A DNA stretch of 63,022 nucleotides, the filler included, from Guillardia theta CCMP2712 (taxonomy: Eukaryota; Protista; Cryptophyta): assembly GCF_000315625.1 (NCBI RefSeq). It is 7 parts of 7 records of this genome, joined end to end, with 100 filler letters (N's around TTAATTAATTAA, not from the genome) between each part and the next. Parts side by side here need not be neighbours in the genome. Positions count along the whole stretch, not along the records: positions 21,766 to 40,935 come from NW_005434638.1; positions 41,036 to 49,967 come from NW_005434262.1; 5 more parts are not named here. The stretch is one strand, 5' to 3'. This document shows, piece after piece, positions 37,235 through 50,067 of the stretch (positions are counted from its first letter, which is position 1; each line of letters opens with the position of its first letter). The notes beneath the pieces were generated by a model, which worked only from the letters and a program-made list of their open reading frames with translations, searched no databases and had not been told where the DNA came from. The position numbers and the translations under genes are program-made.

Positions 37235-38535
37235 ATGGAAGATCTAGACCGTCAGATAGCATCCGTGATGGATTGCAACCCATTACAAGAAGACGAAGTG
37301 GTTCGGCTGTGCGAGAAGGTGAGGACCGACTTGTCTCGAAGCTCATGAGCTGAGTGTACTGCAGACTAAGGAGATACTTCAAGGAGACCAGAACGTTCCC
37401 AACATAGCTGCACCAGTCACTGTATGCCTTTTGCTTTGTACTCCATCAAATCGGTTCGACTTACCATCTTCAAGGTTGTCGGTGATATCCATGGACAATT
37501 CTACGACTTGCTGGAGCTTTTTAGAATCGGTGGGCGTGCTCCTGACACCAATTATCTTTTCATGGTTTGAACTAGTGCGTGGGGTGAGTTGGAGTTGAGA
37601 CTTGGTGCAGGGGGACTATGTTGATCGAGGATATTATTCTGTTGAATGCGTCACCTTAGTAGTTCTCTTGAAGCTGCGATATCCCAACAGGGTTACCATT
37701 CTACGTGGCAACCACGAATCAAGACAAATCACTCAGGTCCGTCGTGTCTAGTCAACGTGCCTGGTCTGATGATCAGACAGGTGTACGGTTTCTATGATGA
37801 ATGCGTTCGAAAGTACGGCAGTGCGAATGTGTGGAAATGTTTCACGGATCTGTTCGACTTCCTTCCACTCGCGGCTACTATTGACAAGCAACTCTTTTGC
37901 CCCCATGGCGGCTTGTCGCCCTCCTTGGACACAGTGGCGCAGATGCAGCAGGTGAGCTGATGAAACTCTTGGTCGACGTGTCTCATCGCTGGCGCAGCTC
38001 GAGAGGTTCCAAGAGATTCCGCATGAGGGCCCCATCTGCGACCTCATGTGGAGCGACCCGGACGACCGCGTTGGGTGGGGAATCAGCCCGCGAGGAGCAG
38101 GTTACACATTCGGACAGGTAGTGTCATGGTCGTTGTGTCACCCTTGAGCTCAGAAGGGCATGCAGGATGTGTCGGAGCATTTCAATCACATCAACGGCTT
38201 CGAGTTCATTGTGCGAGCACATCAGCTGGTGAGAGCGGCGCAAGCTTATCAGCATGTGTTGAGCTTCTGTTCAGGTCATGGAGGGATACAACTGGTCGCA
38301 CGAGAACGCAGTGGTAACTCTCTTCAGCGCTCCCAACTACTGCTACCGATGCGGAAACCAGGCCGCGATCATGGAGGTGAGGAGACGGGAGGCTGCGTCG
38401 CTGCCTGTGACCCTCATGCAGGTTGACGAACACATGCATACCAAGTTCATCCAGTTCGACCCGGCGCCGAGGAGAGGCGGGCCCAACTCAAAGGAGGTGA
38501 CAGTGAGCAGACAAGCGCCTGAGTACTTCCTGTGA
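37235..38535 (+). CDS. PPP2CA: Ser/Thr protein phosphatase, PP2A-family catalytic subunit
   Basis: Nine exons with [56 protein letters not shown] and [14 protein letters not shown], ending APEYFL. PP2A versus PP4 subtype not resolved by a search. Confidence 0.9.
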
Positions 38536-38695
38536 GGCGGGCGAGGGGAAAAGGGAAAAGGGTCAGGGAAGAGGGAGAAGGAGAAGGAGAAGGAGGGGAT
38601 GGGATAGCGTGTAAGATACGGGGAATCTACTTCTTGTATAAGGGGAATGAAAGCCCATGGCGGGGGAATCGGTGACGGGGCTGCTTGTGATTTCT

Positions 38696-39552
38696 TCAGG
38701 GCTGGAGCTCGGCCTCCTGCAAGTAGTTGACGGCAGCCCGATACTCGAGAGCAGACGAGAAGCTGCTGTTGCTCTCCAGCTCGAAGGGAGGCAGCCAGTA
38801 CTTGCAAGTGACCATGCCATGGTCGGAGAGGTTGAAGGATGGATCCCATTCGCCACTCTTGGAAACAAGTCAGCCGTGGACAGGAAGGATGGAGCTCCAG
38901 GGAGGAGAGAGGAGAGCAGGTAGAGCAGGCACCTCGAGTATGCTGGGATGGATCTTCGCTTCTACCAGCCTCAAGTCACTCCCTTGCTTCTCCTCCATCC
39001 CCTCCTGCTGTCAGTCAGCTGGTCGACCAAGACGCTTTTCAGCAGAGCATGCGCACCGCCGGGTACATGGACTTGAAACCCTCGGCCCGCTCCTGACAGA
39101 AGAAGTGAGACCACCAGGAAGCCGAGAGAGCGAAGGACGAGGAGTAGAGGTCAGAAGGAGAAGGACGAGGAGTAGAGGTCAGAAGGAGTAGGAGGACGAG
39201 GAGTAGAGGTCAGAAGGAGTAGAAGGACGAAGAGTAGAGGTCAGAAGGAGTAGAAGGACGAGGAGTAGAGGTCAGAAGGAGTAGAAGGACGAGGAGTCGA
39301 GGTCAGAAGGAGTAGGAGCAGGAAGGGTCGGAAGGTTCACCGTGCCAGTGAAGATCTGGTTGACTTCATCCTTCCACCTGCCAACTGTTGAGCTTCTCCC
39401 TCTTCCCCTCCCCTCCTCCACCAGCGAGCGAAGACCTCCGAGTCGATGTAGCTGCTCCACGTCAGCACGAGCAAGGGGCGAAGGGGGGGGGGAGGGATGA
39501 GAAGAGTGAGGAGCGGCAGGAGCAGAAGCAGAGCAGGAGGAGCAGGAGCACT

Positions 39553-39603
<51 letters not shown>

Positions 39604-40890
39604 AGCATGCAGTGAGCTCACCCCGTGCTGTTGGCGTCGAGATGTTTGAACACTTGTCGTATCATGTCTNNNNNNNNNNNNNNNNNNNNNNNNNNNNNNN
39701 NNNNNNNNNNNNNNNNNNNNNNNNNNNNNNNNNNNNNNNNNNNNNNNNNNNNNNNNNNNNNNNNNNNNNACCAGAAAATGTTCCGCGAATATCTGCTCAA
39801 AGTTGCCAAGACAACCCTCAGCTCGAAAATTGTGCACGTCGCACACGATCACTTCGCAGAGATTTGCGTGGACGCGGTCCTCAGGTTGAAGGGTTCAGGA
39901 AACCTAGAAAACATTCAAATCCTCAAGAAGGCTGGAGGATCTATGCGGGATTCGTTTCTTGCACCAGGCTTTATTCTAGACAAGAAGATTGGGGTTGGAC
40001 AGCCGAAGCGTGTTGAGAATGCCAAGATTTTGATTGCGAACACTCCTATGGACACTGACAAGATCAAGATTTATGGAGCCAAGGTGAAGGTTGATTCTCT
40101 CAGCAAGGTTGCAGAGATTGAGCAAGCGGAAGCAGCAAAGATGGTGGCAAAATGCGACAAAATCATGGCGTGTGGTTGCAACGTCTTTATCAATCGCCAC
40201 ATCAGCCCCGAAAGCTTTCCATACTTTGCGGACAGGGGCGTCATGGCAATCGAACACGGCGATTCCGATGGAATCCAACGACTTTTTCTAGTACCTGCCG
40301 CCCCTCCCCCTCCTCCTCCTCCATCCCTTCCTCCCTCCTTCTCCATCCCCTTCGGCTCTTCTCCCTCCACCTCCCGCACTCTCACCAGGTCGAAGAGCTT
40401 GAAGACGTCTGCCTCGTGCAAGAGAGCGTCGTTGTCAACATACAGCCTGTGAAGTCATCAGAAGGGGCGGGAGAAACGTAAGAAGAGGGAAAACAAAGGT
40501 GGTAGAAGGAGCAAGAGAGGAGCAGCAGAAGCAGCAGGGAGAGGAGCAGGAGCAGGAGGAGCGGCCGCAGGTTTGAGTTTAGGGTGCAGGCTCAAGCTTG
40601 TGACCTGTCAGGTCCTGCCAGCAAGTTTCTTATCTGAGCGTCACTCAACCCGCTCGCAACCTCCTCGAATCCTAAATTGTTGAGCGCCAGCCTGGGAAAA
40701 GAGATGAGCGTTTGAAGAGGAGGAGGAGGAGGAGGAGGAGGAGGAGGAAGTAGGAGGAGGAGGAGGGAGGAAGAGGAAGTAGGAGGAGGAGGAGGAGGAG
40801 GAGGAGGAGGAAGTAGGAGGACCTGAAGTATTCTGAGTTCATTCTCCACTCATGTCTGGAGGCATCGTAGAGCACAGAGCTCTGAAAAAC
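38696..40890 (-). CDS. EF-hand-containing endonuclease/exonuclease/phosphatase (EEP) family protein, C-terminal part (plant At1g02270-like)
   Basis: Exons [24 protein letters not shown] | [19 protein letters not shown] | [16 protein letters not shown] (EF-hand) | [12 protein letters not shown] | [20 protein letters not shown] (EEP SDH motif); stop at 38696-38698. Confidence 0.65.
39130..39315. repeat. ~31-bp intronic tandem repeat (~6 copies)
   Basis: Unit approximately GGACGAGGAGTAGAGGTCAGAAGGAGTAGAA. Confidence 0.8.
39770..40290 (+). pseudogene. CCT2: Second, partial copy of the CCT2 large exon in inverted orientation; probable misassembly
   Basis: Matches the reverse complement of ~34050-34551 ([10 protein letters not shown]...VFINR), then degrades ([13 protein letters not shown]...[10 protein letters not shown]). 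It starts right after an N gap and interrupts the EEP gene. Confidence 0.85.
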
Positions 40891-41504
40891 TCTTACAAGA
40901 CGATCGAAGAAAAGGGGAGCAAGGAAGACGAAGGGNNNNNNNNNNNNNNNNNNNNNNNNNNNNNNNNNNNNNNNNNNNNTTAATTAATTAANNNNNNNNN
41001 NNNNNNNNNNNNNNNNNNNNNNNNNNNNNNNNNNNCAGAGCGTGTTCGTGCTGCTAGGGGCAAGAGCTGGCGGTGAGACGAGCGTCGAGTAGGGGGCTGA
41101 AGCTTTCTCAGCTTGTCGGGCAATGTTGCGGTCAACCTTGATTGTACTTGATAGAAGCGCATCTTGCTCTCTACCTCTCAGCTCTTCTCGTCCTCCACCC
41201 CCATGTCTGTCTATGCGGGCTAGTGCTCGCTTCTGCTCTACGGCGCAAGCCGACAGCCCAGCTGAGCATGGCAAGACGCCATGCAACATCCGATGCGAGC
41301 TCGGGGAGAGAGGGCATGACGACGTCGCTGCTACAGGCGAGGAGGCAGCGGAGGGGATCAAGGACGGAAGGAGGAGAGAAGCGGAGGGGAGGGAGGGGAG
41401 GAGGAGACTTGTATCATGTGAGAGAAGCTTGAGCAAGGTTGGCTCTTACCTTCCCTCTTCTCCTCTGCCGTTCCCTCCTCCCTCCCCTCCTCTCTCCCTC
41501 CAGC

Positions 41505-41960
41505 TCATCAGACGCGAGGAGATGGCCGGGGAAGGAGGTTGACCAGACGCGAGGGGAAAGAGAGGGGTGGGTGGGGCCCCTGGGGTCAGGGGTGAGCCGG
41601 GGAGGGTGGGGGGTCGTGCGAGAGCGTCAGAGTAGGGGGTGATGTAGGGGAGGAAGTTGACCAGACGCGAGGGGAAAGAGAGGGGTGGGTGCGGACAAGG
41701 AGGGTCGGGGGGTCATGAGAGAGCGTCAGAGTAGGGGGTGATGTAGGGGAGGAAGTTGACCACACGCGAGGGGAAGAGAGGGGTGGGTACGGACAAGGAG
41801 GGGTGTGTGTGTGGGGGGGGGGGTCATGCGAGAGCGTCATAGTAGGGGTGATGTAGGGGAGGAAGTTAACCAGACGCGACGGGAAGAGAGGGGTGGGTAC
41901 GGACAAGGAGGGGTGGGGGTCATGGGAGAGCGTCAGAGTAGGGGTGATGTAGGGAGGAAG
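41505..41960. repeat. ~100-118-bp G-rich minisatellite (about 4 copies)
   Basis: Unit containing GAAGTTGACCAGACGCGAGGGGAA...GAGAGCGTCAGAGTAGGGGGTGATGTAGGGGA recurs at ~41535, 41653, 41752 and 41862. Confidence 0.85.
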
Positions 41961-42132
41961 TATGATAGAGAGAAGATAAGAGAGGAACTTGAACAAGGAG
42001 AGACAAGCTTGCCCGCCGGCTTTTGATCACCACAAGATGATACTTGAACCGTAAAGATCTTGTAACCAGAGATTGCTGTCGCGAGGGTGGAACATCCGTT
42101 TCAAGGCATTTGAAGAGGTTGTGCGGTCTTAT

Positions 42133-42657
42133 CTTGCTCGCCGATGCACAAGTGAGCTTGCTCACCGATCCACAAGTGAGCTTGCTCACCGATCCACAAG
42201 TGAGCTTGCTCACCGATGCACAAGTGAGCTTGCTCACCGATGCACAAGTGAGCTTGCTCGCCGATGCACAAGTGAGCTTGCTCACCGATGCACAAGTGAG
42301 CTTGCTCACCGATGCACAAGTGAGCTTGCTCACCGATGCACAAGTGAGCTTGCTCACCGATGCACAAGTGAGCTTGCTCGCCGATGCACAAGTGAGCTTG
42401 CTCACCGATGCACAAGTGAGCTTGCTCACCGATGCACAAGTGAGCTTGCTCGCCGATGCACAAGTGAGCTTGCTCACCGATGCACAAGTGAGCTTGCTCA
42501 CCGATGCACAAGTGAGCTTGCTCGCCGATGCACAAGTGAGCTTGCTCACCGATGCACAAGTGAGCTTGCTCACCGATCCACAAGTGAGCTCGCTCACCGA
42601 TGCACAAGTGAGCTTGCTCACCGATGCACAAGTGAGCTTGCTCACCGATCCACAAGT
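42133..42657. repeat. 24-bp tandem repeat (~22 copies) with internal inverted repeat GTGAGC-TT-GCTCAC
   Basis: Unit CTTGCTC(A/G)CCGAT(G/C)CACAAGTGAG. Confidence 0.95.
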
Positions 42658-45600
42658 AGCTCCGGCAGTCTCTCATGTGTAAGGCTAGCCACCAGTAGCT
42701 CTGTGACATCAACACGTCCCTCGATCGCAGTCTCCTGGGAGTTGCTGATTTGATCCTACTCAAAGCTGACGATCAAGAGACTTGAAATAACAGTCAGACT
42801 CGGAATCGACTAGCAGCTCCCAGTGTTTTCCGGCAACTTCATGTCCGGTCCGCAGTGTAGCTGATATCCGACCGACCAATCTGGCTGGGGAGAGGCTTGT
42901 TGTTCCTAGAGTGCATCCGAAGATCGATCAAACAGATTGTGGCTGGGATACTAGTGATAGGGCTGACTTGAAACAACTTGCGGCTAGAGAGAGAGCCTGT
43001 TTGAAGAGAAGAGTCATCCGAATGTGTGTAACGAGACTTGATGGGATTGCATGAGTTTGCAGCAGAAACGAAAAAAACACCAACAAAGAGAAACTGCAGA
43101 AGACATTATGACTGACCAGACATGAGATCAACATGGTTGGGCATGTATACGAGGCTTGTGACTCCTGGGTCATGACGGATCGAAATCAAGCTTGTTCCAA
43201 GTGCACCGACGTTGTGTGACGCACGGAAGTCTCGAGTCTGATTTTGAAATCAGACCCGAGAATTTCAAAGTCTTTGAGACTTTGAAACTCATTCCAGTGT
43301 CACACAACTCCGCAAGCTCCGAGCGACTGTGTGCAAGAGCCGCCGCTTCGTAAACAGTCCTCCGAGTGTACCGGCAGACACTCGCCAACCTACTTGGCTC
43401 AACGCCGAGGACCGAGCTCAGGAGTACCCGTAGTCAGGTCAGACTGTTAGGCTAGATAGCACCCGGATGTGTAGACAGGTCATAGGCTACTAGGATGTCT
43501 CGCGAGGTCTTCTCTGGCAAGGGATCGAGTGAGACCGGGTTACCCGTTAATGAAAGTTGGCGTGTATGGACTATGGTGGAGGGGTGGCTTCGGCCCTGTG
43601 GTGGGGGAGGGGGTGGTGCTGAGGAATGGATCTGGTCTTGTGCTGACCGCTGACGTGGCTATCAAAGACCACCATCAGAAGCATGACGACTGAGTCGCTA
43701 TCGTTCCTCTCTCATGGACGCGATTCCAACCCCCCCGATGTGTTCATCCATCCTCCCCTTGGACAAGACAAGGCCTCCAACCTCTTCCTCCTGAATGATC
43801 ACTTGCTTTCCTTTCTCTCCTCCCATGCATCTCTCCCTCGCACCCATCACGCCATCTTGCTGTAGAGTCACTTTACTCGGACTCTTGTTTGTCTTGGCAA
43901 CACCTTCTTCCACTCTCCCGCGTGAGACGCTGTCATCGGTCACCTGACGCCGCGCGTCGACCCGAGACGAAGAGACAAGTTGGTTCGTGCCGAGCATCGT
44001 CTGTCCCAAGAGTCATCGTGTGCTGATCAGGGGGTTCTCAGCTGCTCGCGGCTCTGATCTCATTACTGCTCCTCGGGTCACTGAGCACTCGCTCACACAG
44101 TGTGTAACTCCGGATCTTGAATGTTTGATCGATCAGAGTTCGTTTCACTCTACTGCGTCTCACAACATTCAGTAACGAGGAGAACAACATTTAGTTGAGT
44201 CAAGAAGGAACAGTCATGTTGCCTATTTGGCCTCTTGTCTTGTCTAGTGACATCTAGTCATCATGGATGGAGATGAAGCTTGTTGCTAGGGGATCACTCG
44301 AGCGCTCTTAGACGCATGACCGTGACACGAGCAGCCCGGCCTCGGAGAAGCCTCCAGCTCACTCACAACCCCTGGTCTTGACCCCTCCCAGGTCTGCTCC
44401 GAGGCCCTCGCCAGCTGACCCCTGCATTCAAGGGTGGATCGAGCTCAGGAGTACCGGTAGTCAGCCGAGACTATCAGAGCTCATACCCCGGGCCCGGGGT
44501 TGTAGTCAGTGTAGATAGAGCAGTGAGCTTGTAGGCTTGCTCGCGAGGCTGCTCTGAGCAAGAGCCTGGGCTCAGTGAGACGGCGGGGAGGTATGGCGAT
44601 GTGGAGACGAGGAGGAGAGTCAGTCCGGGTTCTTGGCCACACGGCCCTCGACCATCGCAGTAGATGACTAAGTTAGTCAATCCTCTCAACGGTTTTCATC
44701 GGTAGCAGTCCGCCTCGGAACCGTTGCTCATCAGTTAGCGTCCACCCCTTACGCTGACTGGCGGAAACCTGGAGCTTCTTGGGGTGGGGTAGGGCAGTGC
44801 AAAATACATCAACAGGTAGGGTAGGCTGGCGTCACCCACCCGTACCTGATACGCATAAACCATGGGATTGAAGAGGGTGATATACGACTAGGGTTGGGCT
44901 CCATGTAGGGGGGTGGTTGGGCGGGAAATATGGCAGGAGGATGAAGGGGGAGAGCGGGAGGAGAGAGGGAGAGAGGATGGAAGGAGCTTGAGGGAGGATG
45001 ACGACAAGCTTGTCATGTCGCTAGTGTGTGAGAGATGTCTTGTAGCTGCTGCAGAGAGAAGGAGACGTGACAACCGACAGAAGAAAGGAGAAGAGAGGAG
45101 GGCAAAGAAACGGCTGAAGGAAGGGATGAAATATGAAGAATACCAAGAGGAGCGAGGAAACCTTCTCTGTGCTTGATTAATGTGTTTTCGGCATTCTTGA
45201 TCCCTCTCTTGCTGTGTCAAGGAAGGATGGAGAAGCTTGCTCTCTTGATCTCCTTATTTCTTTCTTTCTCCTTGCCTTCTCTTCCCTCGCTGTCTTTTTT
45301 TCATCTCTCTCTCTACGAACAGTCACTGAAAGGGAGAAAGGAGACGGCGTGGGAGAAGGAGGCAGAGTCGGAAGCAGGGCAGAAACTCGAGAGAGAATAA
45401 GACATGCATGGATAAGTGAGCAAGAGAGGGGAAGTCAGAATGAGTGATAGGTCTTATGATGAAGAATAGACGGCACTTGTTGAGGTGAATACTTGATAAG
45501 CTCTGAAAGAGCAGGCGACTGATACGCTCTTGGTGTTGCAGTTGCAGGCAGTAGGATCAGAGTGTATAGACAAAAAGCCTCAGGTGTACATCACAAAGCT

Positions 45601-45772
45601 GTGCTGTTCTGTAATCCGATCGTTGTGGTGTAAACCGAACCACAAACAGAGGAAGATCCAAGATAGAGAGACGTAAAAAGAGGGAGGGAGAGAGTGGTGG
45701 AGGACAGAGGATATCTGAAGCCGGCTGATGCAAGCTCCTGTAGCAGGTATCTCCCTGGGCTGAGAAAGGGAC

Positions 45773-48700
45773 ATGAGTTGCTTCCCCTGCTTCTCGTCCA
45801 AAGTGAAGCCCGAGGAGGGTCGTGATGACTCGCTACTCCAGCAGAGGTTGGAAGAAGCGACAAGAAGGATCTCAGAGCTCGAGGCTGAGCTGAGAAAGCA
45901 GACTGTCAAAGATCCCCCAGCCCCTCAAGGAGACGTAGAGACCATTCCGTCAAGCATCTCCAGCCCTAGGACTCGGCCATCAAACAAGACAGACATCGAG
46001 ATCAAATCTCAAATCAGCCATCCCACGGCTCATCCACCAGCTAGTACCCAGCAGACGACCAGCTGGACTATCCCCGACGACATCAGCTCTGACCTCAAGA
46101 AGCTCTTTCAGACCCCTCAAGACTCCGAGGAATACAAAACGATTCTCAACAACCTCCGCATGGCTCTCGGCGTCGACGCGTCGGCCCTCAGCCCTGACAA
46201 GCTCTCGTACGACGACTACGAGGTCAGAGTCGCAAGAGAGTGGGAGCTCGAGCGCAAGGCCAGCAGCCTCGGCGACCTCAACATCCTCCGAGTCATGGCG
46301 GAGTGCATCCCCGGCGGGAGCGCGGCGAGTCCTCTTGCGGGGCTACAGGGGATGACGGAGAGCGCTCTATCGGCTCTATGGCAGACGGCGATAGGGAGGA
46401 GGCTCGAGGAGGCGCTGAGGAGGCCGGCGGAGGCAGGAGGGCGGGCGGGAGGAGACGGTCCGACGTCGCACAACAGCAAGTATGCGGAGGTACGCGAGGC
46501 CGTGTACGGGAAGATCGAGGAGTACTACGGGGGGCTGATGGAGCGGATCGGGCTACCTCAGACGGAGCTGATGAAGGCGATAGAGGAGGAGCACTGCAAG
46601 GGCAAGGACGCGGAGGAAGCGTTCACGACGAGCAACTACGGGATCACGACGACAGCCAAGGAGGAGTGGCTCAACGTCACAGACCCGGAGAGGAGGCGGA
46701 GGCTGTCGGACGGGACGCGGGTGATCCGAGGGATGGAGGAGCTGAAGGGGCTGGACACGGCGATCAAGGCGAAGCTGCAGGAGGCGGAGCTGATCGCGCT
46801 GCAGCTCTACACAGGTAAGAGAGAGAGATAGCGAGAGAGAGGGAGAAGGAGCATGGGGGAGGAGAGAGGAGCAAGAGAGCGTGAGATGGCTGACAAGAGG
46901 CTTGCCATGACAGGGCCGATGTACTTCAAGTACAACTCTGTTCTTCGAGCTCCCAACGAGCTCCTCCGAGACTCCAACAAGGTCCCCAACAAGTACACGA
47001 CGACCATCCACTGCATCGTCAGCGGCATCGTGAAGCTGTCTCGTCACACGCCTCTGCCGGAGGGGCTGCGGGTGTGGAGGGGGCTGAAGGGGATGAGGCT
47101 GCCGGAGAGCTTCCTCAACGAGGACGAGCTCGGGGTGTCCGGAGGAGTCGAGTACGGGCTGCTGAGCACGACGACAGAGGTCAGGACGGCGATGCAGTAC
47201 GCCGGGGAGGAGGGAGAGTCGATCGTGTTCGAGATCAGCTGCGGGGCGATCGACCGGGGGGCGAGCTTGACGTTTGTGTCTCAGTATCCGGGGGAGGGGG
47301 AGATGCTGTATCCGCCGCTGTCGTACCTGGAGGTGGTGAAGACGCCGCGGTACAGGGAGGTAGAGGGGAGGCAGGTGAAGGTGCTGGAGCTGAAGATCAA
47401 CGCGAACACGATGAGCTTGACGATCGAGGACTTTGTGGGGAAGAGGAAGCAGCTGTACGTAGGGCTGATGGAGAACCTGGCGAGGGAGGTAGAGCGAGAC
47501 GTGAGGGGGTGGGAAGGGAGGATCCAGGAGCGGCTCAGGACAGCAACACTCGACTCTTTCTACAAGATCCATCGTGGTCTTGTACAATCGATCGTGAGGG
47601 AGTGCTGGGGGCTGGTGGAGGCGAGCAGGGCGAGGGAGTCGGGCTGGTACAACGACGAGTCAAACTACAAGGAGGTGATCGAGCTGTCGAACCGAGTCAA
47701 GGACATGGCGATCAACAAGCTCAGGCACTGGATCGAAGACACTCAGGGAGACCAGAAATGTGAAGCCCTGATAGGCGAGCCGATGCAGTCAGTGTACTGG
47801 AAGACGATGGCGGGTCTGATGTACGAGATCAGCTCGCGGACTCCAGCAGGCGATGACGGCAGACGAGAGCAGAGCAAGAGGCTGTGCGGGATGTACGGCT
47901 TGTCGATGTCAAGGTCGGGCCAGCACGGGGAGCCGCCGACAGTGACGGCGGTGGTACGAGGACAGGGGGAGCTGATCGGGCTGCTGAAGGCAACCGGATG
48001 CGACATGGACGAGCGGACGGAGGACGGGAGGACAGGGCTGCATGTAGCGGGGATGCTGGGGAGGGCGGGGAGCGTGAGGGAGCTGATCGAGGCAGGAGCA
48101 GAGGTAGGAGCGAAGGACGTAGAAAGGAAGACGTTGGTACACTGGGCGGCAGAGTATGGGCACATGGAGGTGCTGAAGACGGTAGAGGAAGAATGCGGGA
48201 AAGAGACTCTGAGGACCTTGATGATGGAGAAGGACGAGCTCGGCGTTACATGCGCGCATGAGGCGAGTGGGAGAGGGCACTTGGAGGTGCTGCGGTATGT
48301 TGTAGCGACATGCGGGGAGGAGCTGCTGAGGGAGAAGGACATGAACGGCAGGACATTCGCGCACATGGCGAGTGCTGAAGGGCACTTGGAGGTGCTGCGG
48401 TATGTTGTAGAGACATGCGGGGAGGAGGTGCTGAGGGAGAAGGACAAGTACGGCCAGACATGCGCACATGCAGCGATTGAGGGAGGGCGGTTGGAGGTAG
48501 TGCGGTATATTGCAGAGACATGCGGGGAGGAGGTGCTGAGGGAGAAGGACAAGTACGGCCAGACATGCGCGCACTTGGCGATTGAGGGAGGGCACTTGGA
48601 GGTAGTGCGGTATGTTGTAGAGACATGCGGGGAGGAGCTGCTGAGGGAGAAGGACGTGTACGGCAAGACATGCGCACATGCGGCGAGTCTCAGAGGGCAC

Positions 48701-48943
48701 TTGGAGGTGCTGCGGTATGTTGTAGAGACATGCGGGGAGGAGGTGCTGAGGGAGAAGAACAATGACGGCTGGACATGCGCGCACATGGCGAGTGAGGGAG
48801 GGGACTTGGAGGTGCTGCGGTATGTTGTAGAGACATGCGGGAAGAAGGTGCTGAGGGAGAAGGACAAGCACGGCTGGACTTGTTTCACCATGACTCCTAA
48901 CTCAGATGTCAAGGATTATCTTAGAGGTTTAGGTATCGACTAG
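45773..48943 (+). CDS. R-S-E clade mono-ADP-ribosyltransferase (ART) fused to C-terminal ankyrin repeats, ~1023 aa, one intron (46815-46913)
   Basis: Splicing gives LIALQLYTGPMYFKYNSVLR. ART motifs are RVWRG, LLSTTT and SQYPGEGEMLYPP (ExE). About 8 ankyrin repeats follow, the last six being near-identical 35-aa (105-bp) units. Confidence 0.88.
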
Positions 48944-50067
48944 TCTCAGACTGAGCCAACAAGCTGCAGCCATAGATATCGCTCTCATACCTATCAGAGC
49001 CCTAGTAAAAGCGAGCTCACCTCAGACTGGACCTACCCCAGCTAGGGGACAGCACTCAAGGCTAGTCTCAGCCTTGATCGTCAACAAAGTCAGTCAAACG
49101 ACTCTCAAAGCGCTTGATGCATACAAGGACTAGATGTGCTCGGGAGGATGACCCCTGGTGGCTGAGAGAGACTCGCAAGTACGGGTGGCTTCCCTCACTG
49201 CTGGTAGGACGAGGAGCAGAGGCTTGCGAGGAGCGAGAGCTGGCACGAGGCGAGTGAGCTCGAGCAGCAAGGAGCAGTAGCGCTAGTCCTTCCCTCAGGC
49301 TGTACGAGGATGAGCCTCTTGAGGTACAAGGGGCTGCTGTCTGCTGCTGGAGTCTAGCTGGCTGGTCTGGCATCGCCAGTACAGCAGACATCACTGCACT
49401 TGACCTCTGAGCGACGCAGCGGAGGAGCCGTGAGCACTCGCTGTCAGCGTCAGCAGCCCGTGAGGCTTCGGGGGGGGAGACAAGGAGGAGGAGGAGGGAA
49501 GAGAAGGGAGGGAGAGCCGAGAGCCAAGAGAGGAGAAGCGAAGCCAGCATCCTCATGACTTGCCAGCCTCAGCACCCGCTGTCGCACATGCCTCCCCAGC
49601 AGGTGACCGAGCAGTACCAAGTTGGCAGCAAGAACCTGCTCCGAGGCTCGCAAGGTACTCGATTTTACTGTGGCCCTGTTTCAATGCCGGAATACAAGTT
49701 GTCGCTGACTCTGTACGGTAGATGGTACGGTGGCGACACGGGCAACGGTTTATAACGGTCGATCAGTCGGTACGGTAAGTTCCGAGTCTCCCCCCCCTTG
49801 TGTCTATCAGCAGCATCAAGTTTGAGAGAGGACAAGTGGGCGACGCCGAGGGATCTCCGAGGCTGTTGGAAGTTAAGTTAAAATCAGTACGAGGAAAATC
49901 AGTTAAGTTAAACACTCAGGACGAGGATCTCCGAGGCTGGTGGAAGCAGAATGAACATACGAATAAANNNNNNNNNNNNNNNNNNNNNNNNNNNNNNNNN
50001 NNNNNNNNNNNTTAATTAATTAANNNNNNNNNNNNNNNNNNNNNNNNNNNNNNNNNNNNNNNNNNNN

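Noticed and set aside
39770-40290. True CCT2 paralogue
   Set aside because: It matches the full gene until it abruptly degrades, begins at a gap edge and interrupts another gene, which fits misassembly.
46553-48912. Long antisense ORFs opposite the ART-ankyrin and CCP genes
   Set aside because: Shadow ORFs caused by GC-rich codon bias and repeats; the sense strand carries the recognisable domains.
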